Positions 13,997 to 21,837 of a stretch of 21,837 nt of DNA are shown here, one piece after another (positions within the stretch are counted from its first letter, which is position 1; every line of letters begins with the position of its first letter). The stretch is taken from assembly GCA_031367385.1 (NCBI GenBank), contig JANLPS010000036.1:1-21837 (forward strand), in the 5' to 3' direction. A model generated the notes under the pieces. It worked only from the letters and a program-made list of their open reading frames with translations. It was not told the DNA's origin and ran no database searches. The position numbers were made by a program, and so were the translations under genes. This stretch comes from Archangium sp. (GTDB lineage: Bacteria > Myxococcota > Myxococcia > Myxococcales > Myxococcaceae).

Positions 13997-16588
13997 TTAC
14001 TGGCCGACGACCACCAGGGCCGAACGGTCGAAGTCGATGATCTTCGCTGCCACGTCGCGCACCTGCGCCGCGGTCACCGCCGAGATGTCATCGGCGTACT
14101 GCAGCCAATGCTCCGGGCCCAGGCCGTAGGTGGTGTCGAGCGCGATGATGCCCGCCCGCGAACCGTTTCGCTGCAAGCCAATCTCATGCGTGCCGATCAA
14201 ATTCTCACGGGCCCGCGAGAGCTCGTGCTCGCTCACCAGGCTCTCGCGCAGCTTCGACAGCTCGGCCCGAATGCCAGCGATCGCGTCTGTCACCTTCTCG
14301 GGGCTGGTCGCCATGTAGACCGCGAAATACCCTGGGTCTAAGCCCTCAATCGCCATCGCCGACACGCTGTAGGCCATCGAGCGCTTGTCGCGCAGCTCTA
14401 AGAACAGGCGCCCGCTTTGACCCGACAGCAGCGTGGTGATCACTTCCAGCGTGTGCCGCGCCGGGTCGGTAATCGTCACCCCGGGAAAACCGAGCACGAG
14501 GTGCGTCTGAGCCTTGTTCAGCACCCGCCGTGCCTCGCGCGGGCCCGACCAAGGCGGCTCGATCGGCATCGACGGGGCACTGGCCGCTCCCGGCTTCGGA
14601 GCGCCGAACGCGGCTCGAGCCTTCGTCAGCACCTCGGCCGTGTCGACATCGCCCACCACCGCCAGCGTCATCTGCGACGGGTTCATGTACGCCTGGTGAT
14701 ACCGGCGCAGCACGTCAGGGGTCAGCGCCTCGACGGTGGCCCGCTCACCCGACGCGCTCAGACGGTACGGGTGCACCTTGAACAGCTCCTTGGCCAGCAG
14801 CTCGAAGGCGATCGACGACGGCCGGTCTTCTCGGGCGATGAGGTCTTGCAGCACCAGCTTCTGCTCACGCGCAAACTCCGCCTGAGGAAAAGCGGGCGCG
14901 TTCGTCACCTCGGCGAAGACGTCGAAGCCGCGGTCGAAGTGCTTCGACAAGAACTCGCCCCGCACGCCGATCGAGTTTCGCCCGCCCACCGCCGACACCG
15001 AGCCGGCCAGGCTGTCGACCAGGTGCGAGATCTGCTCGGCCTCCATCGTCGCGGTGCCGCGGGTCATGGTGCGCGCCATCAGCGCAGTCACGCCGTTCTC
15101 TTCGGGCTTTTCGTAGCGCACCCCGCCCAGGTACGACGAGCGCATCGTGAACAGCGGCACCGCGCGCTCTTCTCGCACGATGATCGTCGCACCCGAGGGC
15201 AGCTTCTCGATGGTCAGCCCGGGCTTTTGCTTCTTCGAGGTCGGCACCAGTCGAATCGGAGCCGATGGCGGCAGGTTGCGCGCGGGCAACGCCACCGGTC
15301 GACGCTCAGCCGCTCGGGTCAGCGCCGCCCGAATCGCGGGCTCGTCGAACGTGGTGCCCTTGGGGAACAACCCGGTCACCACCGCGCGGTCGAGCGTGAT
15401 GTAGCGCTGGGCCACCTCGCGCAGCCTCGCCGGGGTCACCTGCGAAATGGCTTCGTAGTACCTGGCCTCTTGCTCCAAGCCGCCGAGCGCCGCCTCGTAG
15501 TAGCCGAGCTTGCGCGCCACGCCCTGCACCGTTTCGCGCTGGTAGACCGCCTCGGCTTCGATCAACGCCTTGATGGTGTCGAGCTCGGCGGGCTCGACCT
15601 CGAGCGCGGTCATGGTCATCAGCACGCGCAAGGTCTCATCGAAGGCCTCGGCGAGCTGGTCGGGGTTCGCCACCAGGCTGGCCGCCAGCAACCCGTCATC
15701 TTTCGGCGTGTACGCCCACATCGACGCACCTTGAACCAGGCTGCGCTTGCGCTTGACCTCGAGCGAGAGCCGCGACGCGTCGCCCTGACCGACCAGCATC
15801 GCCAGCACGTCGAGGGCGGGGGTGTCGACGTGGGCCGCGCCGGGTATTTGAAAGGCCAGGTGCAGGTAGGCCTCTTTGACCTCGTCGGTGACGAGCGAGG
15901 TCTTGACGCCAGTGAAGCGCGGCTCGACCAGGCGCGGCGAGGGGCCGGTGCGAGGTCGGCCCCACTCGCCTCCGAAGACCTCGTCGACCCAGGTGCGCAG
16001 GGCCTGCTCGTCGAAGTCTCCGACCGCAGAAAGCACCATGTTCTGGGGCACGTAGTGCTTCTGGTAGAAGTCGAGCACCCGGTCGCGCGAGTGGCCGCGC
16101 ACGTTGGCTTCGAAGCCGATGACCGGCCGGCCGTAGGGGTGGGTGCTGAAGACCGCGGCGAAGAGGTCTTTGCTGGCCCGGCGCGAGGGCATGTCGAGGC
16201 TGCGCTTGATCTCTTCGCAGACCACTTCGATTTCTCGGTGCAGCTCGTCGGGGTCGAAGGCCGAGTGGCGAATCGCGTCGGCGAGCACGTCGAGGCCCTC
16301 TTTGGCGAAGTGGCTGGCGATGACCACGTGGTAGGCGGTTTGATCGAAGCTGGTCCACGCGTTGATCTCACCGCCGTGGGCCTCGACGCTGCGGGCGATT
16401 TCGCCCAGGCCGCGCTTGGCAGTGCCTTTGAACAGCATGTGCTCGTGCAGGTGGGCGAGGCCGATTTCGTCGGGCGTCTCGTCAGCGCTGCCGACCTTCA
16501 CCCAGACCTGAAAGGCCACCACCCGCGAGGTGTGAACCGGCTCCAACACAACTGTAAGACCATTGGTCAACCTGTAGCGCGTAGGCAT
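13997..16588 (-). CDS. M16 family (pitrilysin/insulinase-like) zinc peptidase with two fused M16B halves
   Basis: Inverted zinc motif GLAHLHEHMLFKGT, INAWTSFDQT and the distal E in EIEVVCEE. The second half lacks HxxEH but carries LRDKRSMAYSV. Start set to ATG 16588 (MPTRYRLTNGL). Confidence 0.95.
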   Translation of the reverse strand: MPTRYRLTNGLTVVLEPVHTSRVVAFQVWVKVGSADETPDEIGLAHLHEHMLFKGTAKRGLGEIARSVEAHGGEINAWTSFDQTAYHVVIASHFAKEGLDVLADAIRHSAFDPDELHREIEVVCEEIKRSLDMPSRRASKDLFAAVFSTHPYGRPVIGFEANVRGHSRDRVLDFYQKHYVPQNMVLSAVGDFDEQALRTWVDEVFGGEWGRPRTGPSPRLVEPRFTGVKTSLVTDEVKEAYLHLAFQIPGAAHVDTPALDVLAMLVGQGDASRLSLEVKRKRSLVQGASMWAYTPKDDGLLAASLVANPDQLAEAFDETLRVLMTMTALEVEPAELDTIKALIEAEAVYQRETVQGVARKLGYYEAALGGLEQEARYYEAISQVTPARLREVAQRYITLDRAVVTGLFPKGTTFDEPAIRAALTRAAERRPVALPARNLPPSAPIRLVPTSKKQKPGLTIEKLPSGATIIVREERAVPLFTMRSSYLGGVRYEKPEENGVTALMARTMTRGTATMEAEQISHLVDSLAGSVSAVGGRNSIGVRGEFLSKHFDRGFDVFAEVTNAPAFPQAEFAREQKLVLQDLIAREDRPSSIAFELLAKELFKVHPYRLSASGERATVEALTPDVLRRYHQAYMNPSQMTLAVVGDVDTAEVLTKARAAFGAPKPGAASAPSMPIEPPWSGPREARRVLNKAQTHLVLGFPGVTITDPARHTLEVITTLLSGQSGRLFLELRDKRSMAYSVSAMAIEGLDPGYFAVYMATSPEKVTDAIAGIRAELSKLRESLVSEHELSRARENLIGTHEIGLQRNGSRAGIIALDTTYGLGPEHWLQYADDISAVTAAQVRDVAAKIIDFDRSALVVVGQ

Positions 16589-16649
16589 TGTGGCCCACGC
16601 TCTCATCGTCGCGGACTTCTTAAAAGGGGTTTAGGGTGCGACCTACCCG

Positions 16650-19145
16650 ATGGCAGTCAATGAGGCCGACCCGCTCTTCGAGTTGCGAGAAGAGCTCAGC
16701 GAAGAAGACGAGCCGCTGTTCGCTGCCCCCAAGGGCGCGTTTCCAGCGGCCGCTCCGGCCAAACCGGGTGCGAGGCCTGCGTCTTCGAGTGGGTCGGGCG
16801 TCGTGCCCCCGCCGATGCCACCACCCCTGCCAAAGCGCGCCAGTGGCCCCGCGCCCACGGCCCAAGCGCCCCCGAGCGCACCCAAGCCGACCACCGGGGG
16901 CCATCGCACGGCGTCGCCTGCGCCCTTCGCGATACCGAGCCTGCCCGGCAGCGTGCAGCGGCCCGCTTCAGGGGGCGACCCGTTTCTCGAGCCCCCGGAG
17001 CCTCGGCTCGCGGCAGGCGCCGACCCCGAAGAAAAGCTGAAGGCGTTTCGCGGCATCGTCAAAGGCAAAGACGAAGCGTTGGGGCGCGCACGCTCGCTCT
17101 ACAGCGCGGTCGATCAAGAGGCGCAGCAGCTGCGCGTGGTCGCGATGCAGATGCAGCAGCAGCTCCAGGCGGTGATGGTCGAGCTGCAGCGGGCGATGGA
17201 GTACCCGGCGCAGATCTCGGTGCTCAAGGAGATGCTCGAAAAAGACACCGTTCGAGCCGACGCCGCCGAAAAGAAGATGGACGAGTTGATCGCGCGTTTC
17301 GCCGCGGCCGAGGCCGAGCGAAATGATCTCGCCAACGCCCTGGCCGACGTCGAGATGCAGTTCAACGACAGCCGCGCGCGCCTCGAAGACGAGCGGCGCA
17401 CCCGTGAGCAGTTGGCCGATGAGCTGATCGGGGCCAAAGAGGCGTTGGGCTCGGCGCAAGACCGGGTGGCCGACCTGGCGAGCCGGCTGTCAGAGGGGCG
17501 CGGCGAGGCCGAGGCGTTGACCCAGCAGGCTGATCAATACTCGCAGCAGCTCGACGCGCTGACCCAAGAGACCGAGCGGTTGCAGGCCTCGGTCGCGGCG
17601 GTCACCCGTGATCGCGACTCGCTGGCAGAGGAGCTTGAGAACAGCCGCTCTGGCAGCGAGGGCCTCAGTGAGAAGGCCGCCACGCTCGAGATGCAGCTGC
17701 TCGAGGCGCAGGGCCGGCTCGATGCGCTCGAGAGCGAGCAAGAATGGTCGAAGAGCTCGCTCGATCAGACCTCGGGCCGGGTACAGGAGCTGGAGCAGGC
17801 GCTGCAGGTCGCGCAAGACGAGAGCGTGTCGGCCCGGGCCCAGGCCGATGAGCTCGACGCGGCGCTGAACAAAGAGCGCAACGAGTCGCGGGCGCGCATC
17901 GAGGGGCTGGAGGCGCAGGTTCGGGAGACGCAGGGGCTCGCGCGCAGCAATGTCGGGGCGCTGCAGGGCCAGCTGCAGGCCGCGCAGACCGAGGTGCAGC
18001 GGCTTCAGGCGTTGGCCGCACAGAGCGAGCGCGAGCTTGAAGAGGCCCGGCAAGGGGCCAACGACGCCGAGTCGATGCGCGCCGAGCTCGAGCAGTACGG
18101 CGCGAAGAGCCGTGAGCTCGAGCAGACGCTGGAGCAGCTGGCGATTCAGAGGGGCGACGCCGAGAACCGCGCTGCCGCGCTCGAGGCCCGGGCCATCGCC
18201 GCCGAGGAGCAGGCCCAGTCGGTCTCATCGGGGGCGCAAGGTGCACTGGCCGAGATCGAGGCGAGAACGGCCGAGCTCGAGCAGCGGGTATTCACCGCCG
18301 AGACGCGCGCGGCCGAGATGCAGGGGTCTGCCGAGGCCGCCCAGCAAGCGATGGAGGCCGCCGAGAGCCGCGCGAGTGAGCTCGATCAGCAGCTCTTCGC
18401 TCAGTCGCAGCGGGTCGATGATCTCGAGCAGCAGGCGCGGGCGTTCGAGCGGCAGGCGGCCGAAGCCAGCGCCAGAGCGGTGGCGCTCGAAAAGCAGGCT
18501 GCCGATTCACTGAACAAGCTGCGCGCGGGCAAGAGCAGCCAGCAAGATCTCGAAGAACAACGCCAGCAAGCCGAGGCGCGCGCGGTGCAGGCAGAGACCA
18601 AGCTTCGCGAGACCGCTGACAAGCTGCGCGCGATGGAGACCAAGGCCGTGCAGCAGGAGGCCCGCGCCGTTCAGGCCGAGGGGCGCGCGAAAGAGGCGCA
18701 GGGTCGCGCTGATTCTGCCAGCAAGGGCGCCTCGGGCGCGGCCGAGAATCGGGTTCGCGCGGCCGAAGCCAAGGCCGCCGATGCGTTGGCCAAGCTGGAG
18801 CAGTTGCGCGAGAGCGAGGCCACGTTGCAGCGCGAAATCGCGACCATGCAGGGCTCGGAGATCACGCTCCGCACCGACAAGCTCACGCTCGAGGAGCAGA
18901 TCGGTGATTTGAAGAAGAGCGTGAAGGCGGCGCAGGCGGCGACCGCGGCGGCGAAGAAGGCGGCGGCTGCGGCTCCAGCACCTGCCGCGCCGGCACCGGC
19001 CGCGTCGTCGGCTGAGCTCGACGCGCTGAAGAGCGAGAACGCGAACTTGAAGAAGAAGTTGATGCAGGCCGAGACCGCGATTGAGGCCGCCGCGTCGCTG
19101 AGGGCGAAGGTTGCGAGGCTCGAAGCCCAGCTCAAGGGCAGGTGA
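16650..19145 (+). CDS. Long coiled-coil protein with a Pro-rich disordered N-terminus
   Basis: 831 aa. About 125 aa of acidic/Pro-rich N-terminus, then ~670 aa of E/Q/A/L/R-rich heptad sequence, a short AP linker and a final helix LKKKLMQAETAIEAAASLRAKVARLEAQLK. No Walker motifs, signal peptide or TM helix seen. Confidence 0.88.
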   Translation: MAVNEADPLFELREELSEEDEPLFAAPKGAFPAAAPAKPGARPASSSGSGVVPPPMPPPLPKRASGPAPTAQAPPSAPKPTTGGHRTASPAPFAIPSLPGSVQRPASGGDPFLEPPEPRLAAGADPEEKLKAFRGIVKGKDEALGRARSLYSAVDQEAQQLRVVAMQMQQQLQAVMVELQRAMEYPAQISVLKEMLEKDTVRADAAEKKMDELIARFAAAEAERNDLANALADVEMQFNDSRARLEDERRTREQLADELIGAKEALGSAQDRVADLASRLSEGRGEAEALTQQADQYSQQLDALTQETERLQASVAAVTRDRDSLAEELENSRSGSEGLSEKAATLEMQLLEAQGRLDALESEQEWSKSSLDQTSGRVQELEQALQVAQDESVSARAQADELDAALNKERNESRARIEGLEAQVRETQGLARSNVGALQGQLQAAQTEVQRLQALAAQSERELEEARQGANDAESMRAELEQYGAKSRELEQTLEQLAIQRGDAENRAAALEARAIAAEEQAQSVSSGAQGALAEIEARTAELEQRVFTAETRAAEMQGSAEAAQQAMEAAESRASELDQQLFAQSQRVDDLEQQARAFERQAAEASARAVALEKQAADSLNKLRAGKSSQQDLEEQRQQAEARAVQAETKLRETADKLRAMETKAVQQEARAVQAEGRAKEAQGRADSASKGASGAAENRVRAAEAKAADALAKLEQLRESEATLQREIATMQGSEITLRTDKLTLEEQIGDLKKSVKAAQAATAAAKKAAAAAPAPAAPAPAASSAELDALKSENANLKKKLMQAETAIEAAASLRAKVARLEAQLKGR

Positions 19146-19214
19146 GGGCGAGAGGCGCTCGGGCTGAGGTCTGTGAAGCCGTGCCGAAACGCGCGGGTCA
19201 GCGGGGCGTCAAGA

Positions 19215-19568
19215 ATGGGTGGAAGTCTCGGGGAGGTGTTCCGACCATTCATGGTCATCGCCCTTGGTGTGGCCGGCCTTTGGGTGGTCGGTACGGTCAG
19301 CCTGAGCATGAACTGGGTGGTGCGGCCGAAGGGCATGGTGCTCCTCCGAAGCCTGGGCGTGTGCCTCTGCTTCGGTGCGGGCTTCGCCGCGATGGGCGCC
19401 GTGCTGCCTCGACGAAGTGCTCCCTCTTTGACGCACGTCTTGCTGCCAGGCCTGTTGTGGGTCTGCTTCTGGCTCATCGGCGGTGAGGGCCCTCGCCGTG
19501 GCGCGCTCGCGGCGGCAGTTGCGGCCGCTGCGTTGATCATTCCTCCCTTGGTTATCTGCCATCAGTAG
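19215..19568 (+). CDS. Small hypothetical membrane protein (~4 TM segments)
   Basis: Four hydrophobic stretches separated by Arg-containing loops. Fills the gap after the coiled-coil gene. Start uncertain (GTG 19173, ATG 19215 or 19251). Confidence 0.6.
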   Translation: MGGSLGEVFRPFMVIALGVAGLWVVGTVSLSMNWVVRPKGMVLLRSLGVCLCFGAGFAAMGAVLPRRSAPSLTHVLLPGLLWVCFWLIGGEGPRRGALAAAVAAAALIIPPLVICHQ

Positions 19569-19621
19569 ACCCGAAGGGGAGGGCGAGTGGGGCGGGTTCG
19601 GAGGCCGAGGTGACCAAAGGG

Positions 19622-19647
19622 CCCTTCGAGTCCCTCAGAACGAACGG
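19622..19647 (+). repeat. Possible degenerate REP-like dispersed repeat arm
   Basis: cccttcgagtccctcagaacgaacgg resembles, from memory, the widespread extragenic repeat CCCTTCGAC..GCTCAGG.CGAACGG. It lies between convergent genes. Only one copy is in this window. Confidence 0.4.
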
Positions 19648-19654
19648 TGGAGCG

Positions 19655-20008
19655 TCAGGCGGAGGCTGCGGCAGACTCCATCAGGCCGGCTTCGTACAAC
19701 CGCTCGAGCACCTGCTTGACCTGCTCGCGAGACGCGCCGGTGTCGGCGACGGCCTTCGCAATGTCTTCGAGACGCACCGGAGTGCCGGCGAGCTCAGACA
19801 AGAACGCCGCGTCGTCGGGCCGAACCTTGTACTGGGTTGCCCATTCTTGCAGGGCCGCTTCGAAGATCTGTTTGCCCTGCGAGCGCACTTCAGACAACTT
19901 GGTACGCCACAGCAGCTCGGCCTCGGCGCCCTTTGACGTCAGACGAAACTTCTGCGAACGCGCCCACCGGAGTCGGGCTTGAGTACTGGCTTGATCAGGT
20001 TCGCTCAT
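19655..20008 (-). CDS. Small hypothetical protein with a possible C-terminal winged-helix-like region
   Basis: 117 aa from ATG 20008. The C-terminus PVRLEDIAKAVADTGASREQVKQVLERLYEAGLME has an HTH/wHTH-like pattern. Divergent from hemW. Confidence 0.7.
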   Translation of the reverse strand: MSEPDQASTQARLRWARSQKFRLTSKGAEAELLWRTKLSEVRSQGKQIFEAALQEWATQYKVRPDDAAFLSELAGTPVRLEDIAKAVADTGASREQVKQVLERLYEAGLMESAAASA

Positions 20009-20028
20009 CGAGGCAGGAAGTACACTGT

Positions 20029-21255
20029 TTGCAGACTTCACGAAAGCCCCCGCTCGCACCCGTCGACGAATTCACCGGCTTGAGCGCCGCGCGTTTCGGC
20101 GTCTACGTGCATTTTCCCTATTGCCTTTCGAAGTGCCCGTACTGCGATTTCGCCTCGACCGCCGCCAAGGTCGTGCCCGAAGAGCGCTACGCCGACGCCA
20201 TCGTTCGCGAGCTCGCCTGGCGGGCTCAAAAGTGGTCGCTCGCTGGCACCGAAGCGCACTCCATCTTCTTCGGCGGCGGTACGCCCTCGCTCTGGCACCC
20301 CCGTTTCGTCGCGCAGGTCATCGACGCGCTCGCCAAGACCCTGCGCCTGGCCGATTCACTCGAGATCACCCTCGAAGCCAACCCCGGCGCCGCCGACGCC
20401 GAGCGGTTCGAAGGCTACCGCGCCGCCGGCGTCAATCGCCTCTCGATGGGTGTTCAGTCATTCAACCCGGCAACCCTCAGGGCCCTGGGCCGCGCGCATG
20501 ACGGGCCCACAGCGGTGAAGGCCTACGAGGCCGCGCGCGCTGCCGGCTTCGACAACCTCTCGATGGACTTCATCTACGGCGTGCAGGGCCAGAGCGTTGA
20601 TCAGGTGCGAGCCGATGCGAAGCAGGCGGCGGCCCTCGGCGCGGAGCACCTCTCGGCCTACGCCCTCACCCTCGACCGCGAGTCGCTCGCCGAAGAGGTG
20701 CCGCTGGCCAAGCAACTGGCCCGCGGAGAAGTCAGCCTGCCGCCCGACGACGCCGTCATTTCGATGCAGCGCGCGGTGCGTGACGCCTACGGCGAGGCCG
20801 GCCTCTCACGTTACGAGATCTCGAACTACGCACGCCCGGGGTACCATTCTCGGCACAACTCGCTCTACTGGACGGGCGGCGAATACCTGGCGCTCGGCGT
20901 CGGCGCGACCGGTTTCGTGCGCACCGCGCAAGGCCCGGTTCGGTACTCGAATCAACGCAGCGCCGAGCGGTACCTGGTCGAAGCCGAGGCGGCCTCACTC
21001 GATCGGCTCGAGGCCTCGGCAGAGGGGTTGACCGCTTCAGACCTGTTCGAAGAGCGCGTGGCGATGGGCCTGCGACTCACCAACGGCATCGACCTCGCGG
21101 CCATCTGCACCGCGTTCGGGCAAGACGTCACCAAGCGCGCCATCACCCTTCGGCACCTGCGTTCGCAAGGCATGCTGACCGAGAACGACGGCCGGCTGCA
21201 GCTGACCGACCGTGGCTTCGATGTGCACAGCGCGATCGCCGCCCGGTTGATGTAG
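20029..21255 (+). CDS. hemW: Radical SAM heme chaperone HemW (HemN-like family)
   Basis: YVHFPYCLSKCPYCDF (CxxxCxxC), FFGGGTPS, EITLEANP, NRLSMGVQSF, YEISNYA, and the HemW-type HNSLYW motif. TTG start at 20029 is inferred (AGGA upstream); the exact start is uncertain. Confidence 0.9.
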   Translation: MQTSRKPPLAPVDEFTGLSAARFGVYVHFPYCLSKCPYCDFASTAAKVVPEERYADAIVRELAWRAQKWSLAGTEAHSIFFGGGTPSLWHPRFVAQVIDALAKTLRLADSLEITLEANPGAADAERFEGYRAAGVNRLSMGVQSFNPATLRALGRAHDGPTAVKAYEAARAAGFDNLSMDFIYGVQGQSVDQVRADAKQAAALGAEHLSAYALTLDRESLAEEVPLAKQLARGEVSLPPDDAVISMQRAVRDAYGEAGLSRYEISNYARPGYHSRHNSLYWTGGEYLALGVGATGFVRTAQGPVRYSNQRSAERYLVEAEAASLDRLEASAEGLTASDLFEERVAMGLRLTNGIDLAAICTAFGQDVTKRAITLRHLRSQGMLTENDGRLQLTDRGFDVHSAIAARLM

Positions 21256-21260
21256 CAACG

Positions 21261-21837
21261 CTACACCGGGGCGATGATCGAGACCGCCCGAACCACGTTC
21301 TCGGAGTCGACGCCCAGGCTGATGATCGACGTCTTGCCTGCCGCGTCTTTGACGGTGATGATCTGACTGCTCCTCGGGTTGAACCACATGCCGGAGGGGT
21401 TCGACGCAGGGTCGACGGTGGCCTTGATGCCGAGGCGGTTCACCACGTCTTGAAGCGCCGCCTGGTCGTGCATGCCCGCGAGCATGAAGTGTGGGGGCAC
21501 CGGGTGAGGCGTGGTCGCGCGGCTCGGCGACTGGGCGGTGAACTTCTGCATCGCGGGGTTGCCGGTCACCAGCGTGTTGATCGACTCGAAGCTCGAGACC
21601 ACGAAGTCGTCGGGGTTGCCGGTGGCCTTCTTCAAATCGGCGAACGAAATCGGCAGCTGATACCGCTTGTCGAAGAGCCGTTCTTCGACCGGGCTGAGCG
21701 GCTCGGGGACGCTCTCGGGGTCGGTCATCGCCACCGCGCCCTCTTGGTGCAGCATGCGCTCGAGCATCGAGAGTGAGAGCGTCGCCGCCTTGGCCTTGTC
21801 GAGGCCCGCTTTTTCGCCGATGAACTGGCCGGCTTCG
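21261..21837 (-). CDS. Hypothetical protein, C-terminal part (start lies beyond the right edge)
   Basis: The frame of the 168-aa track ORF stays open to the window edge (EAGQFIGEKAGLDKAKAATLSLSMLERM...). Good codon bias; stop 5 nt from the hemW stop. No family recognised. Confidence 0.75.
   Translation of the reverse strand, partial: EAGQFIGEKAGLDKAKAATLSLSMLERMLHQEGAVAMTDPESVPEPLSPVEERLFDKRYQLPISFADLKKATGNPDDFVVSSFESINTLVTGNPAMQKFTAQSPSRATTPHPVPPHFMLAGMHDQAALQDVVNRLGIKATVDPASNPSGMWFNPRSSQIITVKDAAGKTSIISLGVDSENVVRAVSIIAPV

Noticed and set aside
14417..16663. 748-aa + strand ORF
   Set aside because: Antisense shadow of the clearly recognisable M16 peptidase.
16650..19145. SMC/MukB or Wadjet/Lamassu-type defence ATPase
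   Set aside because: No Walker A/B, signature or hinge motifs, and no partner defence genes. It is only a coiled coil.
20029..21255. HemN coproporphyrinogen dehydrogenase, or a RiPP radical SAM maturase
   Set aside because: The short N-terminus and HNxxYW motif indicate HemW. There is no SPASM domain or precursor peptide context.

Overview
High-GC bacterial chromosomal window. The gene content (Cys-rich lipoproteins with D-[AS]-G repeats, a Pro-rich/coiled-coil protein, a fused M16B peptidase) suggests a Myxococcota (myxobacterium-like) genome; this is inference. A housekeeping backbone (prmA-rsmE, M16 peptidase, hemW) is interleaved with accessory envelope genes: an 835-aa protein with a peptidoglycan-binding domain and a long beta-rich region, a three-gene lipoprotein/START-domain operon, a beta-propeller-like lipoprotein divergent from a metzincin lipoprotein plus HEAT-like partner, a small Cys/DAG lipoprotein, an orphan FkbM methyltransferase and an ICL/PEP-mutase family gene. 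I found no rRNA, tRNA, CRISPR array, transposase, integrase or recognisable defence system. The best candidates for undescribed biology are: (i) the PG-binding protein with a possible lipid-bridge-like beta domain near an exported START operon; (ii) the divergent lipoprotein/protease locus with a 64-bp nested palindrome; (iii) a triple inverted TGCATTCAG motif between convergent genes. All functional ideas for these are hypotheses that need structure prediction or experiments.
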